In this document: positions 51,048-61,580 of the stretch, in pieces
Layout: every line of letters begins with the position of its first letter
How positions within the stretch are numbered: position 1 is the first letter of the stretch
From: Salinispira sp.
GTDB lineage: Bacteria > Spirochaetota > Spirochaetia > DSM-27196 > Salinispiraceae
DNA length: 64,000 bases
NCBI GenBank assembly: GCA_965602015.1
Contig: OZ271918.1
Span: 2,432,001-2,496,000 of the forward strand
Direction of reading: 5' to 3'
Made by a program: the position numbers and the translations under genes
The notes under the pieces: model-generated
The model's database searches: none
Told to the model about the DNA's origin: nothing
What the model saw: only the letters and a program-made list of their open reading frames with translations

Positions 51048-51959
51048 ATGAGTAACAGCGGCGTGTTTAATACCATCCACAGGGTGTGGACCAAATCCAT
51101 TTGGAAGATGCGAGGCCTGAAGGTCTTTGCCCTTGTGGGAAAGAGCGGAACGGGCAAGAGTTTCCGCGCCGGTCTGATTGCGGAAAAATACAAAATCGAG
51201 GCCATAATCGATGACGGATTGCTCATCGAAAACAGCAGAATAGTAGCCGGACGATCGGCGAAAAAAGAAAAAGCCTACCTCACGGCGGTAAAAACCGCAC
51301 TGTTCACCGACCGGGAGCACCTGAAAGAGGTTAAACACCATCTCGAGCACAGCCATGTAAAAAAAATACTCATTCTGGGCACCAGTACAAAAATGATATT
51401 TAAGATCTGTCGTACCCTTCAACTGCCCGAACCGGCCAAGATCATACAGATTGAAGATATCGCCACGGCGGATGAAATTGAAACCGCCATTCATTACCGT
51501 AAGAACCACGGCAAACACGTCATACCCGTGCCGGCAATCGAGGTAAGACGGACCTACCCGAGAATCATGGCGGACTCGGTAAAAATCCTTTTCAGAAAGG
51601 GCCTGGGAGTGTTCGGAAAGCAGCACGAACTTGAGAAAACCGTGGTGCGCCCGGAGTTCTCCAGGAAAGGGGCGGTAAGCATCAGCGAAGCGGCCCTCAG
51701 CCAAATGATTCTGCACTGTATTCAGGAAAAGGCTCCGGGGGTCAGCATGCGCAAACTCATCGTAAAACAGGACAAGGGGGGGTATCACCTGGACGTCGGA
51801 CTGGCGGTCCCCTTCGAATACGAGCTGGCACACACGCTTCACAGCCTTCATGACTATGTCATCGATAAAATCGAGAAGTATACGGGGATAATCATTGAAG
51901 ATCTTCACATCAGCATCGACAGCATCGGTGAAACTGTGCGTAAAAGCGAAAAACGCTAA
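51048..51959 (+). CDS. P-loop protein with C-terminal Asp23/Gls24-like domain
   Basis: ALVGKSGTGKS, IIDDGLLI, GKHVIPVP.IEV, EKTVVRPEFS; C-terminal IEKYTGIII Asp23-like. Confidence 0.75.
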   Translation: MSNSGVFNTIHRVWTKSIWKMRGLKVFALVGKSGTGKSFRAGLIAEKYKIEAIIDDGLLIENSRIVAGRSAKKEKAYLTAVKTALFTDREHLKEVKHHLEHSHVKKILILGTSTKMIFKICRTLQLPEPAKIIQIEDIATADEIETAIHYRKNHGKHVIPVPAIEVRRTYPRIMADSVKILFRKGLGVFGKQHELEKTVVRPEFSRKGAVSISEAALSQMILHCIQEKAPGVSMRKLIVKQDKGGYHLDVGLAVPFEYELAHTLHSLHDYVIDKIEKYTGIIIEDLHISIDSIGETVRKSEKR

Positions 51960-52053
51960 AGTCCGGCGGCTATCTTACCGATGTTGTGTACGGGCACATA
52001 TAAAATTTGAACAAACAATAGGTATATTCCATACTGATAATCGGAGGTAAGGA

Positions 52054-53238
52054 ATGAAAAAGGTTATGGCATTGGTTGCGCTTTTGATGCTGGTCGCGGG
52101 TGTGCTTTCGGCGCAGACCTCATTCGTCAGCGAAAGCGACCACTATCGGGTCCGTTCCCATATAAGCGAGGAGCATGCAGAAGAAACCGCAGTCCGTCTC
52201 GAAGCCCTCCTTTCCATGTTTAACGATTATTTTCATTTCGATCTGGACAATCTGGATTTCCAAATGCGGGTGCAGGTTTTTAACTCCTATACCCAGTATG
52301 ATCGCTACCTTACCAGGCTTATCGATGAAACCCGGGACGAGTTCGTTTACCTCCACTACAGCGACGCTTCCCGATCGGAACTGGTGGGAGCCCTGGAGGA
52401 AGGAGACGCATTTGACCAGAGCTTTACCCATCAGGCATTTATACAGTTTCTCCGGGCCTTCATAGACAATCCCCCCTTGTGGATTCGCGAAGGCTTTGCG
52501 GTGTACTTCGAAGAAGCCCAGTACGACGCGAACTTCGGCGCGGTGAATAACCGGGAAAATCTTTCGTGGCTCGAAACCCTGAAGGATATATTGTTCGGAG
52601 AGCGCTTTCCCGAAAGCCTGACCGCAGAACAGGTTCTGGCCACCGATGTGGAAATGGCCGTCAGCAATATTAACGTGTTTTATCCCCAGGCATGGGCGGT
52701 AATAAACTATCTGGTGAATACAGACAACCGGAGCCACAACCGGATTCTCTGGGACGCCATTTCCGCCATGGATCCCGAAGCCGACCTTATTGCCAACTCG
52801 GCGGAGGTATACGAATCGGCCTTCAAATGGGTGAACCAGGCGGAACTTCAAAACAGCTTCCTTGAATATTTTCAGGAAAAGAAGACCTATGCCGAACTCA
52901 TCGAAAGCGGTATCGCGGAGTACGACGCGGGCAATCTGGATGCCTCCGAGCAGCATTTTCTCGTCGCCATCAACCGCCGCGACATCAGCCACATCCCCCA
53001 TTACTATCTCGGCCTTATCAACTATGACCGGGGGAATTATACCCTGGCGGAACTGAATTACCGGACCGCACTGGAAATGGGAAGTACACCGGCCCTCACC
53101 TACTACGCCCTGGGGGTTAACGCCTTCGCCGACGACCGCTTTGAAGAGGCCGACGAGTATCTGCAGACCACCATTCAGCTCGACCCGGCGAACTTCACCG
53201 ACAAGGTGACCCAGATTCTCAACCGGATGGAAGGGTAA
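52054..53238 (+). CDS. Exported protein: gluzincin/DUF1570-like domain plus C-terminal TPRs
   Basis: GGAGG RBS, signal peptide, PLWIREGFAVYFE, YPQAWAV, three TPR-like repeats. Confidence 0.78.
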   Translation: MKKVMALVALLMLVAGVLSAQTSFVSESDHYRVRSHISEEHAEETAVRLEALLSMFNDYFHFDLDNLDFQMRVQVFNSYTQYDRYLTRLIDETRDEFVYLHYSDASRSELVGALEEGDAFDQSFTHQAFIQFLRAFIDNPPLWIREGFAVYFEEAQYDANFGAVNNRENLSWLETLKDILFGERFPESLTAEQVLATDVEMAVSNINVFYPQAWAVINYLVNTDNRSHNRILWDAISAMDPEADLIANSAEVYESAFKWVNQAELQNSFLEYFQEKKTYAELIESGIAEYDAGNLDASEQHFLVAINRRDISHIPHYYLGLINYDRGNYTLAELNYRTALEMGSTPALTYYALGVNAFADDRFEEADEYLQTTIQLDPANFTDKVTQILNRMEG

Positions 53239-53253
53239 GCGCAGCGCGCACAA

Positions 53254-53287
53254 AAAAACAGCCTCGGTATAAGCCGAGGCTGTTTTT
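53254..53287. terminator. Bidirectional rho-independent terminator
   Basis: AAAAACAGCCTCGG-TATAAG-CCGAGGCTGTTTTT between convergent genes. Confidence 0.9.
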
Positions 53288-54476
53288 ATGTACCGGACTT
53301 CGCTCCGGTCTCGCCTTTTTCGTTTGACCCGGCGGCGTTCCCCGATGGTTTTTTTCTCCGCCTGGGGCGGCTACGCCGGCGGCGGTTTTTCTTTTGCCCC
53401 GATGCTATTTGCGATGAAGCCTCCTGCCGTTCGCGCATCAGACTCACCACAACCTCTTCGACGTCCCGGTTCGCCGGTACCATAGGCTTCAACAGTTCCT
53501 TTATTCCCTGGTAAACCTCGGGAAAATGTATCTTTTTATCATCCGCCCAGGGTCCGAGGCGGGTTACGTAATCCCGAACCAGCTGTTGTATCATCAGGCT
53601 CCGGGGGAGTTCGCGCCGGGAACTGAGCATTTCGTCTAGGGCACCCAGGTTTTCAAAGAATATGCTCCGGTTTTTATCCGGCGAGGGGTCACGGATAAGG
53701 GCGTCAAGTCCGGGCAGCACATAGCTCAGTACCTGGTACTCGTAGAATGCGGTAAAAATTTCCCGGGCATTGCCGCTTTCGAGGATTTTATAAAGCTCTT
53801 CGGTCAGCCGGGAGTATGAAACATCCGCAAGCAGAGGGGTTTGCAGCTTTATCTTTCGCTTGAGCAGAAAGCCGGGCTGGAGGCCGGTCTTGACTGAATA
53901 TTTCAAGGCCCGGATGATGCGGACCGGATCTTCAACGAAAATACGCTTGTGGGGAATCACCGCCCGCAGCCGTCCGGCGCGAATATCCTTGACCCCGCCG
54001 ACGAAATCCACAATCTGCTCCTTGACCGGATCGTAGTACAGGGCGTTCATGGAAAAATCCCGTCTGAGGGCATCCTCTTCAATTTCACCATAGACATTTT
54101 TGAAGCCCTTGGACTCAGCGCTGCGGAAGGTGCTGACTTCGATGATTTTCCGGTCCCGGAAAAAGATATGCACCAGGCGGAAGCGCTTGCCGATGACCCG
54201 GGAATTCCTGAAGAGCTTCCGGATTTTTGCAGGCTCGGCGCTGGTGCTGATATCGAAATCTTTGGGGCTCTTTCCGAGCAACAGATCCCGGACCGCACCG
54301 CCGACAATATAGGTCTCGAAACCCGCTTTTTGAAGTCGCTTGACGATTTTAACCGCGTCGTGGTCCAGCCTGGTTCGGTCGATGCGGTGTTCGTTTTTTG
54401 TGTAGACTGCCGCCTGTTCTATCAATTTCCCGTTGTCGGCGGTCTTGTAACGTTTAAGCAAATGGCTCTCCAACAA
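53286..54476 (-). CDS. pcnB: Poly(A) polymerase I
   Basis: VGGAVRD, PKDFD, PAP-specific VIGKRFRLVHI signature, RRDF, EDPVR, basic Arg-rich tail. Confidence 0.92.
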   Translation of the reverse strand: MLESHLLKRYKTADNGKLIEQAAVYTKNEHRIDRTRLDHDAVKIVKRLQKAGFETYIVGGAVRDLLLGKSPKDFDISTSAEPAKIRKLFRNSRVIGKRFRLVHIFFRDRKIIEVSTFRSAESKGFKNVYGEIEEDALRRDFSMNALYYDPVKEQIVDFVGGVKDIRAGRLRAVIPHKRIFVEDPVRIIRALKYSVKTGLQPGFLLKRKIKLQTPLLADVSYSRLTEELYKILESGNAREIFTAFYEYQVLSYVLPGLDALIRDPSPDKNRSIFFENLGALDEMLSSRRELPRSLMIQQLVRDYVTRLGPWADDKKIHFPEVYQGIKELLKPMVPANRDVEEVVVSLMRERQEASSQIASGQKKNRRRRSRPRRRKKPSGNAAGSNEKGETGAKSGT

Positions 54477-54518
54477 CTCCCTTGAACGGGAGTTTGAATA
54501 CTGCTACTGTCAGATTTC

Positions 54519-55640
54519 ATGAACTCGGATTGGATACCCCTGCTGAACCGATTGGGGAGTGCCGGAAAAGCATTTCTCTTTATTATAGATTTTGAAATGC
54601 GACACCCTCTGGTATTGCCCCTCGACACGATAGACGAGGAGTGGCTGCGCTACAGCTTTCGCGGGCACAGCAACAGTTTCGGTGAAGCGCAGGTAAATTC
54701 CGCGAATCGTATGCCCGATAGTATCCTGAACCCGAGTTTCATATCAAGTATCGAATATGAAAGGGCGTTCCGCCATGTTCGTCAGCAGCAGAGCCGGGGA
54801 AATTCCTTTCTCACCAATCTCACATTCCCCAGCGAGCTTCACCCCCGCATGCCCCTGAACCTGCGGGGTCTGTTCCCCCGCGTGAGCGCGCCGTACCGGC
54901 TGTGGATCGACTGGAGCCGGCTACGCAGCATAAGCGCGCCCAGCGGCCAGATCCTTCTACCCCATTCCGGGTCGCCCATTCCCGATGAAATTCTGGTGTT
55001 CAGTCCCGAGACCTTTATTCAAACCCACCACGGCAGAATGTACACCTATCCCATGAAGGGAACGTCCCTGGTTCGCCGGGGTGAAGATGGCGATGAAGCG
55101 ATTCGGCAGCTTTTGGCCGACAGCAAGGAGCGTGCGGAGCACGTCACAGTGGTTGACTTATTGAGAAATGACCTCGGCCGGGTGGGCTCGGATGTCTGCG
55201 TGGAGGACTTTCGCTACTGCGAGAGAATTCCCCTGCCGGACGGCGAGCTGCTGCAAATTTCCAGCAGGATCAGCGCAGCTTTAAAAGCCGACTGGCAAAG
55301 CAGCATAGGCGACATTCTTGCCCAGCTCATGCCTGCCGGTTCGGTGAGCGGCGCGCCAAAGCGGGAAACCTGCAAAATTATTTCAGAGGCCGAAGCCGCC
55401 GGTTCTCTGGCCGGCGGTGCCCTTCCCGGCGGGCGAGGATACTACAGCGGCATCGCCGCCCTGTATGATGGCTGGAACATCGATTCGGCGGTGCTCATTC
55501 GATTTATTGAGCAAAGAAATTCCCCGGCCGCTCCCCGCTGGTTTTTCCGCAGCGGGGGAGGCATTACCATATACAGCGATTGGGAAGCCGAGTACCGGGA
55601 ACTCCAGCACAAGGTTCGGCTTCCGGGAAAGACGGGATGA
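54519..55640 (+). CDS. pabB: Aminodeoxychorismate synthase component I (short type)
   Basis: SPE, YPMKGT, KERAEHVTVVDLLRNDL, PAGSVSGAPK, DSAVLIRF, SGGGIT. Confidence 0.9.
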   Translation: MNSDWIPLLNRLGSAGKAFLFIIDFEMRHPLVLPLDTIDEEWLRYSFRGHSNSFGEAQVNSANRMPDSILNPSFISSIEYERAFRHVRQQQSRGNSFLTNLTFPSELHPRMPLNLRGLFPRVSAPYRLWIDWSRLRSISAPSGQILLPHSGSPIPDEILVFSPETFIQTHHGRMYTYPMKGTSLVRRGEDGDEAIRQLLADSKERAEHVTVVDLLRNDLGRVGSDVCVEDFRYCERIPLPDGELLQISSRISAALKADWQSSIGDILAQLMPAGSVSGAPKRETCKIISEAEAAGSLAGGALPGGRGYYSGIAALYDGWNIDSAVLIRFIEQRNSPAAPRWFFRSGGGITIYSDWEAEYRELQHKVRLPGKTG

Positions 55641-56398
55641 AGAAAAACGGTGCTTCGCCGATGAACCGCAGGCTTATTGAGACCATGCTGTGGAAACCCG
55701 ACGGGGGCATAGAGCTGCTTGAGGAGCACTATTCCCGTTTTTGCGGCAGTCTGCGCCGCTGCGGCATAACCGGCAAGGACATACCACGCGAGGCGGTCTT
55801 CGCCAGAGCCATAAGGGGCGCTGCGACGTCATTCCTGGCGAAGACCGAGGGCGGAAATGCCGGGAGCTCAGGAGGGCCTGACAGGCCGGACGATTCCTGT
55901 CTCCGGCTGAAATTGCTGTATGACCCCGACGGACCCCGCGAGGAGCTGCTCTGCGGCATCGAGGCCCAGCCCTTCGTTCAGCGCAGGATTCGCCGGGTTG
56001 GGAGGATTGATATTCCCGGCGCCGACTATTCGTTAAAATGGGAAAACCGGTCCCTGTTCACCGACCTGCACCGCCGCTTCCCCGGTTTTGATGAGATTAT
56101 CATTACCCGTTCAGGGGCGTTAAGCGACGGGACCTGGACCAATCTGTTCTACCTACCCGGACCGCCGGAATCCGGTGCTTCCCTGCCCTCCCGCCTTCAC
56201 CCCGCCGCCACTCCCGATTCACCGCTCTTGAAGGGAGCCCGGAGACAGCGCCTGTTACGCCAGGGAGAGCTCTACGAACGGCACCTGACCTGGGAGGAAA
56301 TCACCGGCACGCCGGGTGTTGTCGGATTTATCAATGCCCTGAATCCGCCCGGTGCTCTAGGATATGCCGCCCACGAGGACATTGTAGCGCTGAAATGA
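55637..56398 (+). CDS. pabC: Aminotransferase class IV / 4-amino-4-deoxychorismate lyase
   Basis: LIETM, HYSRF, YSLK...R, LLKGARR, INAL; ATGA overlap with pabB. Confidence 0.75.
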   Translation: MKKNGASPMNRRLIETMLWKPDGGIELLEEHYSRFCGSLRRCGITGKDIPREAVFARAIRGAATSFLAKTEGGNAGSSGGPDRPDDSCLRLKLLYDPDGPREELLCGIEAQPFVQRRIRRVGRIDIPGADYSLKWENRSLFTDLHRRFPGFDEIIITRSGALSDGTWTNLFYLPGPPESGASLPSRLHPAATPDSPLLKGARRQRLLRQGELYERHLTWEEITGTPGVVGFINALNPPGALGYAAHEDIVALK

Positions 56399-56484
56399 TG
56401 GGGCTGACGGAGTATTTGATTGCGGCCCCTCGGGGATTTCCCAATTATATGTACAAAACATAAGTCATTGAGTAGACTCGGTCC

Positions 56485-57822
56485 ATGGCAAAGGTAATTC
56501 AACCAAAGGTATTAAAAGGATTCAGGGACATTCTGCCCGATGCGGAAATTCGCCGCCGGGGCATTATACGGACCATCGAGGACAGCTGCCGGCGCTTCGG
56601 CTTTGTTCCCATCGATACCCCTGTGCTGGAATACAGCGAAGTCCTGTTGGGCAAGGGCGGAGGCGAAACCGACAAGCAGGTCTACCGCTTCGACGACAAC
56701 GGCGGACGGGACGTGGCGATGCGCTTCGACCTCACCGTCCCCCTCGCGCGGTTTATGGGCGCCCACGTAAACGAACTCTACCTCCCATTCAAGCGCTATC
56801 ACTTCGCCAAAGTCTGGCGGGGTGAAAATACCCAGCGGGGCCGCTACCGCGAGTTTATGCAATGCGATTTTGACATCGTCGGCGTGGACAGCCCCGCCAG
56901 CGACCTGGAAATCCTCCAGCTCATGTACGGCAACTTTGCGGCATTGGGAATTACCGAAGTTACCTTCCGCCTGAGCCATCGAGGGCTGTTCAACCGTTTT
57001 CTTTCGGTGATCGGCGCTGAAAAAAGCAGCGAGGCGATTCTGCGGGCCGTCGATAAGCTGGCGAAGGTCGGAAGAGACGCCACCAGGGACGCCCTTGCCG
57101 AGGCCGCCGGCGCTGAAGCGGCGGATAAAATCCTCGAATACATCCTCATGAAGGAAGACAACAAGGCCACCCTGTTAAACATGGAAGAGCTGGCCGGTGG
57201 ACCCTGCGCCGAGAGCGCGCGGCTGAGAACACTCCTGGACCTGGCAGCGGAGCTGGATATTGATAATCGCTTCCTCATAGACCCCGCCATTACCCGGGGG
57301 CTTGATTACTACACCGGCATCGTATACGAAACCTTCCTGGACGAACTGCCGGATATCGGTTCGGTATGTTCCGGCGGGCGCTACAACGATCTGGCAAGCC
57401 TGTACACCAAGACCGAGCTTCCCGGGGTCGGATCGGCCATCGGACTGGACCGGCTTATTGCCGCCCTTGAGGAGCTCGAACAGCGCCGGGCAAAAACCAG
57501 TGACGCTCCGGGCTCGGCGACCCGCGGAAGCGACGTCCTCATTTTAATGCTCGATGAAAAGTTTCTCGGCCGCTACGCCCGGATTGCCCAGGAGTTCCGC
57601 CGGGCGGGTTTTAGCGCTGAGGTATTTCCCAGCGAAAAAAAAATCGGTCAGCAGTTTAGCTATGCGGAAAAAAAGGGCATTCCGCTGGGGATAATCGCCG
57701 GCGAGACGGAATTCGCATCGGGCACGGTAAATTACAAAAACCTCGTTAGCCGAAGCGCAAGCGAAGGTGTTACACTTGAAGCAGCGATAAAACGTGCGGC
57801 GGAGGATCTCCGGGATTTCTAA
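56485..57822 (+). CDS. hisS: Histidine--tRNA ligase
   Basis: KGFRD, RFDLTVP, GRYREFMQCDFD, RGLDYYTG, GGRY. Confidence 0.97.
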   Translation: MAKVIQPKVLKGFRDILPDAEIRRRGIIRTIEDSCRRFGFVPIDTPVLEYSEVLLGKGGGETDKQVYRFDDNGGRDVAMRFDLTVPLARFMGAHVNELYLPFKRYHFAKVWRGENTQRGRYREFMQCDFDIVGVDSPASDLEILQLMYGNFAALGITEVTFRLSHRGLFNRFLSVIGAEKSSEAILRAVDKLAKVGRDATRDALAEAAGAEAADKILEYILMKEDNKATLLNMEELAGGPCAESARLRTLLDLAAELDIDNRFLIDPAITRGLDYYTGIVYETFLDELPDIGSVCSGGRYNDLASLYTKTELPGVGSAIGLDRLIAALEELEQRRAKTSDAPGSATRGSDVLILMLDEKFLGRYARIAQEFRRAGFSAEVFPSEKKIGQQFSYAEKKGIPLGIIAGETEFASGTVNYKNLVSRSASEGVTLEAAIKRAAEDLRDF

Positions 57823-57861
57823 AGAACCGGGAGGCCCCGTCTTGAGCCAACAGGATGAGCA

Positions 57862-60525
57862 ATGGATCCCAGAAAACTCCCGGTTTATGATCAGCGCAGC
57901 AAAATACTCGATCACCTGGCGGAAAACCAGGTAATCGTCGTTGAAAGCCCCACGGGCAGCGGAAAAACCACCCAGCTTCCCATTATCCTCCACGAAGCCG
58001 GGTATGAAAAACAGGGCGTCATAGGAATAACCCAACCCCGGCGTATCGCCGCGGTGAGCGTGGCGGACTACATCCGCAATCAGCTTGCCGACGAACTTGG
58101 CGAAGCCGCCGGGGAATACGCCGGTTTTAAGATGAGATTCTTCGACGAAACCACCGAAAAAACCCGAATAAAGATTATGACCGACGGCATCCTGCTTCAG
58201 GAGATGAAGGCCGACCCCCTCTTGAGCAGGTACTCGGTAATAATGGTTGACGAAGCCCACGAACGCAGCCTCAATATCGATTTTATTCTGGGTCTGCTCA
58301 AGCGCTGCATCGAAGTCCGCCGCGATCTTAAAATCATCATATCTTCTGCCACCATCAACGCGGAGGTATTCTCAGAATATTTCAACGGAGCTCCGGTGGT
58401 GCGCATCGACACCGAAACCTTTCCGGTGACTACGGTCTATGCCCCTCCCGCCGTTGCCAACGACCCGGAGGTGTTGGTCGACAAGATTGTCGATCTGGTG
58501 GGCCACGTACTCGATGAAAAGCGGGAGGGAGATATGCTGATCTTCCTCTCGGGCGAAAAAATCATAAAGGACACCATCTCGGCGCTCTATTCCCAGCCCT
58601 ACCGGAAAAAGCTCTATCTGTTGCCCTTGTACGGCAGACTGAGCAAGGAAGAACAGGACGAAGTATTTCCCCCTCCCCCGGAGGGAAAGCACAAGGTAGT
58701 GGTTGCGACCAATATCGCCGAAACCAGCATCACCATCGACGGAATCACCACGGTTATGGACTCGGGCCTGGCAAAAATGAACTTTTACAACCCCAGGACC
58801 TACACCTCGAGCCTCATCGAAAAACCCATATCCCGGGCGTCGGCCAACCAGCGGAAGGGCCGGGCCGGGCGTACCCGGCCCGGTACGGTTTACCGGCTGT
58901 ATCAACGGGAAGATTTTGATCACCGGCCGCTTTTCAGTCAGGAAGAAATATACCGCACCGACCTCTCGGAGGTGGTGCTCCGCATGGCCGAGCTGGGGAT
59001 TCGGGATTTTGAGAGCTTCGACTTCATTTCTTCCCCGGGCAAAGCGGGAATCGCCTCGGCAATAGAGACCCTGATGCTGCTGGATGCCCTGACCGAGGAA
59101 AACGAGCTGTCGGAAATCGGAAAGTACATGGCGCGCTTTCCCCTGCTGCCCCGTCACAGCAGGATGATCGTCGAAGCGATGCTCAAGTACCCTGAAGTGA
59201 TGGACGAGGTGCTCATCGCCACCAGCTTTCTTACAACCAGCAATCCCTTCCTGCTCCCCCAGGGAGAGGAAACCGAAGCCCGCAACGCCCATCACAATTT
59301 CAGGGACAAGGCGGGAGATTTTGTCTCCTACCTGAGGCTGTACCACGCGTTCCTGGACAGCACAAAAAAGGAGAAGTTCTGTCAGCGTTACTATCTCGAT
59401 TATCAGATTATGAACGAGATTGTGAATGTTAAGCAGCAGCTGACGGAAATCGTCGGCGAAATCGGAATGCCCGTCAGCGCCGTCGGCCTCCCCCTCAGGG
59501 GCGAAATGCTCGCACAGTACATCTGCGCCCTGGCAAAGGGCCTCATTCAGTTTATTTGCGTCCGTACCGGGAGGTCGAGCTACCGCAGCCTCACCGCGGA
59601 AAAAATCGACATCCACCCGGGCTCGGTTATGTTCCGGGAGAGCCCGGATTACATTGTGGCCGGTGAAATCGTGAAAACAAGCAGAACCTTTGCACGAAGC
59701 GTCAGTCCCATCCTGCCGGAATGGCTTCCGAGAATTTCAAAGGCGGTGAGCCGGCACCTCACGGACAAGCACCGGGGCGGGAAACAGGGCCGGTCCTCCA
59801 GGAAGCTGGAAAGGGAACTGGGGAGCGAAGGCCCTGGCAGGGGAAAATCCTCAAGCCGGGCTGCCGGCGAATCCGCCTACCAGCCGGCCGGCTCCCCTGC
59901 GGCCGGTTCACCGGGTCGGGACTCCAGCTGGCAAATCAGCATCGGAGGGCAGATATTCGAACTCAAGCCCTACAAGGGCAAAAAGAAAATACTCCAGCTG
60001 AGCTGGCGGGAGCTCTCCTCTCTTGCGCAGAAAAAACACCTGGAACTCATCCCCCAGTATCAGGATATCCGGGTTCAGATCACCTGGCAGAACGCATTTT
60101 TCCTAAAAAACGAACGCCTGGGGCGGGCGATCAAAATCGCCAGGCTTATCAGCCCTGAGCTGGACAGCCAAAGCAGTTGGCCCCAGCACGGCAAGTTCAG
60201 CCCATGGGAAAATCCCGATGAGCTCGCGGCGGCCCTGGGCATCCTGATGAAACTCGCCGTCGGGAAAAAGAAAAAACAGGAACTGAGTTTTATAACCCTT
60301 TACACCGATAATCAGGGACTGTTCTGGGTGAGACCGGTGGCGTCCTTTGCGAATGCGGTTACCGAAAGCCTGGCAAGCCTGGACTCCCTGATTGACGACG
60401 TGGTCGCCCTGGAGGCCGTGAGGGACCAGGGCGGCGGCGACACCCTGCCGCCGGGTTTGCCGGAATTGAAGGAAATCACCGGAAAGCAATACCGCAGGCT
60501 CTCGGACATGCTTGAAAAGGTGTGA
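57862..60525 (+). CDS. hrpA: DEAH-box ATP-dependent RNA helicase (HrpA-like)
   Basis: TGSGKTTQ, TQPRRIAA, DEAHERS, SAT, TNIAETSIT, QRKGRAGR, HA2 and OB-fold region. Confidence 0.9.
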   Translation: MDPRKLPVYDQRSKILDHLAENQVIVVESPTGSGKTTQLPIILHEAGYEKQGVIGITQPRRIAAVSVADYIRNQLADELGEAAGEYAGFKMRFFDETTEKTRIKIMTDGILLQEMKADPLLSRYSVIMVDEAHERSLNIDFILGLLKRCIEVRRDLKIIISSATINAEVFSEYFNGAPVVRIDTETFPVTTVYAPPAVANDPEVLVDKIVDLVGHVLDEKREGDMLIFLSGEKIIKDTISALYSQPYRKKLYLLPLYGRLSKEEQDEVFPPPPEGKHKVVVATNIAETSITIDGITTVMDSGLAKMNFYNPRTYTSSLIEKPISRASANQRKGRAGRTRPGTVYRLYQREDFDHRPLFSQEEIYRTDLSEVVLRMAELGIRDFESFDFISSPGKAGIASAIETLMLLDALTEENELSEIGKYMARFPLLPRHSRMIVEAMLKYPEVMDEVLIATSFLTTSNPFLLPQGEETEARNAHHNFRDKAGDFVSYLRLYHAFLDSTKKEKFCQRYYLDYQIMNEIVNVKQQLTEIVGEIGMPVSAVGLPLRGEMLAQYICALAKGLIQFICVRTGRSSYRSLTAEKIDIHPGSVMFRESPDYIVAGEIVKTSRTFARSVSPILPEWLPRISKAVSRHLTDKHRGGKQGRSSRKLERELGSEGPGRGKSSSRAAGESAYQPAGSPAAGSPGRDSSWQISIGGQIFELKPYKGKKKILQLSWRELSSLAQKKHLELIPQYQDIRVQITWQNAFFLKNERLGRAIKIARLISPELDSQSSWPQHGKFSPWENPDELAAALGILMKLAVGKKKKQELSFITLYTDNQGLFWVRPVASFANAVTESLASLDSLIDDVVALEAVRDQGGGDTLPPGLPELKEITGKQYRRLSDMLEKV

Positions 60526-61253
60526 CAGTGAGAGGTGCAGCCCGACGGATATGCAGGCATGTTTTGCTGCCGGTTCTCGCCGCGGGCCTCATTGCTGGGG
60601 CAGGCGGGGTTGGGGCACAGCCCCTCTCCGGCGCTGAGGGACAGACAGCCCTGGCACGAGCACAGGCGGTCAGGGAGGCTGAAGCCATATTCGCTCAAAC
60701 TCAGGCTGAGCGGGAAAACCTGTCCCGCTCACGCCAGATAGCCCGCTATGAACGGGGATTGATGCTGATTGAACAGGTGCTGTCCGCCGACACAAAAAAC
60801 GCCCACGCCTGGTATCTGCGGGCGCTGCTCTCCGGTGCCCGAGGAGAGGTCAGGGGTCTGTTGGCCGCCGCAGGAGAAGTGCCGGGAATTATTGAGGCGC
60901 TTGAGCGCTGCATCAGCCTTGACCAGCGGCATGTGGACGCCTGGGCGACCCTGTCGAGGGTGCATACAGCCCTTCCGACTCTTCTGGGGGGCGATAAAGA
61001 CCGGGCGGTTGAAGCAGCGCGCCAGGCCCAGACCCTTTTGGAAAGCCGCCGGGATGCTGCAGGGCAGCCCGGGCATAATAATATTGAGCTAATCACCCTG
61101 AGGGCAGTTCTGGCCCGCGCCTTGTGGGTGCGCAATGACCGCGGGGACAGAAGCGAAGCCCGCCGAATTACCGGGGAAATTCGTGCTTCAGCAGAGCAGA
61201 ACCGCATTACCCTCCCCGACCGGGTGGCGGACGATCTGGCAGCCGTGCGCTAA
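60522..61253 (+). CDS. Exported TPR-like protein
   Basis: Signal peptide and helical repeats (AHAWYLRA, ALERCISLD...AW); GTGA overlap with hrpA. Confidence 0.65.
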   Translation: MTVRGAARRICRHVLLPVLAAGLIAGAGGVGAQPLSGAEGQTALARAQAVREAEAIFAQTQAERENLSRSRQIARYERGLMLIEQVLSADTKNAHAWYLRALLSGARGEVRGLLAAAGEVPGIIEALERCISLDQRHVDAWATLSRVHTALPTLLGGDKDRAVEAARQAQTLLESRRDAAGQPGHNNIELITLRAVLARALWVRNDRGDRSEARRITGEIRASAEQNRITLPDRVADDLAAVR

Positions 61254-61580
61254 AGACGCCTTACATGACCTTAGGCATTCCGCCTCACAAGGAGCTTATC
61301 GGCGCAGCTTTGTAAGCGCCGAGTGGGATAAAACATTTTTTAGGATAGGATACAACCTCTTCAGCAAGTCCATTAGCGGCTACGCCGCACTCCTGGTGAC
61401 CTTAATAATTGCTCTCGTTAGCGACACGATTATCGAAGTTAACTCAAAATCCAGATACTAAAGCACAAGAAGTAATCTTCTGTTATTATCATCTTCGTGC
61501 ATCGAGGGGCAGGGATGGATGGGATTTCTATAGAGCATGTGGCTGAAGATAGTGTATCTTAATCATAAAGGTGAGATCAA

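Noticed and set aside
61261..61281. LHDLRHS, a tyrosine-recombinase-like motif at the edge of the AT-rich patch
   Set aside because: Only seven residues, with no recognisable downstream catalytic His/Tyr context or upstream integrase ORF; cannot be distinguished from chance.
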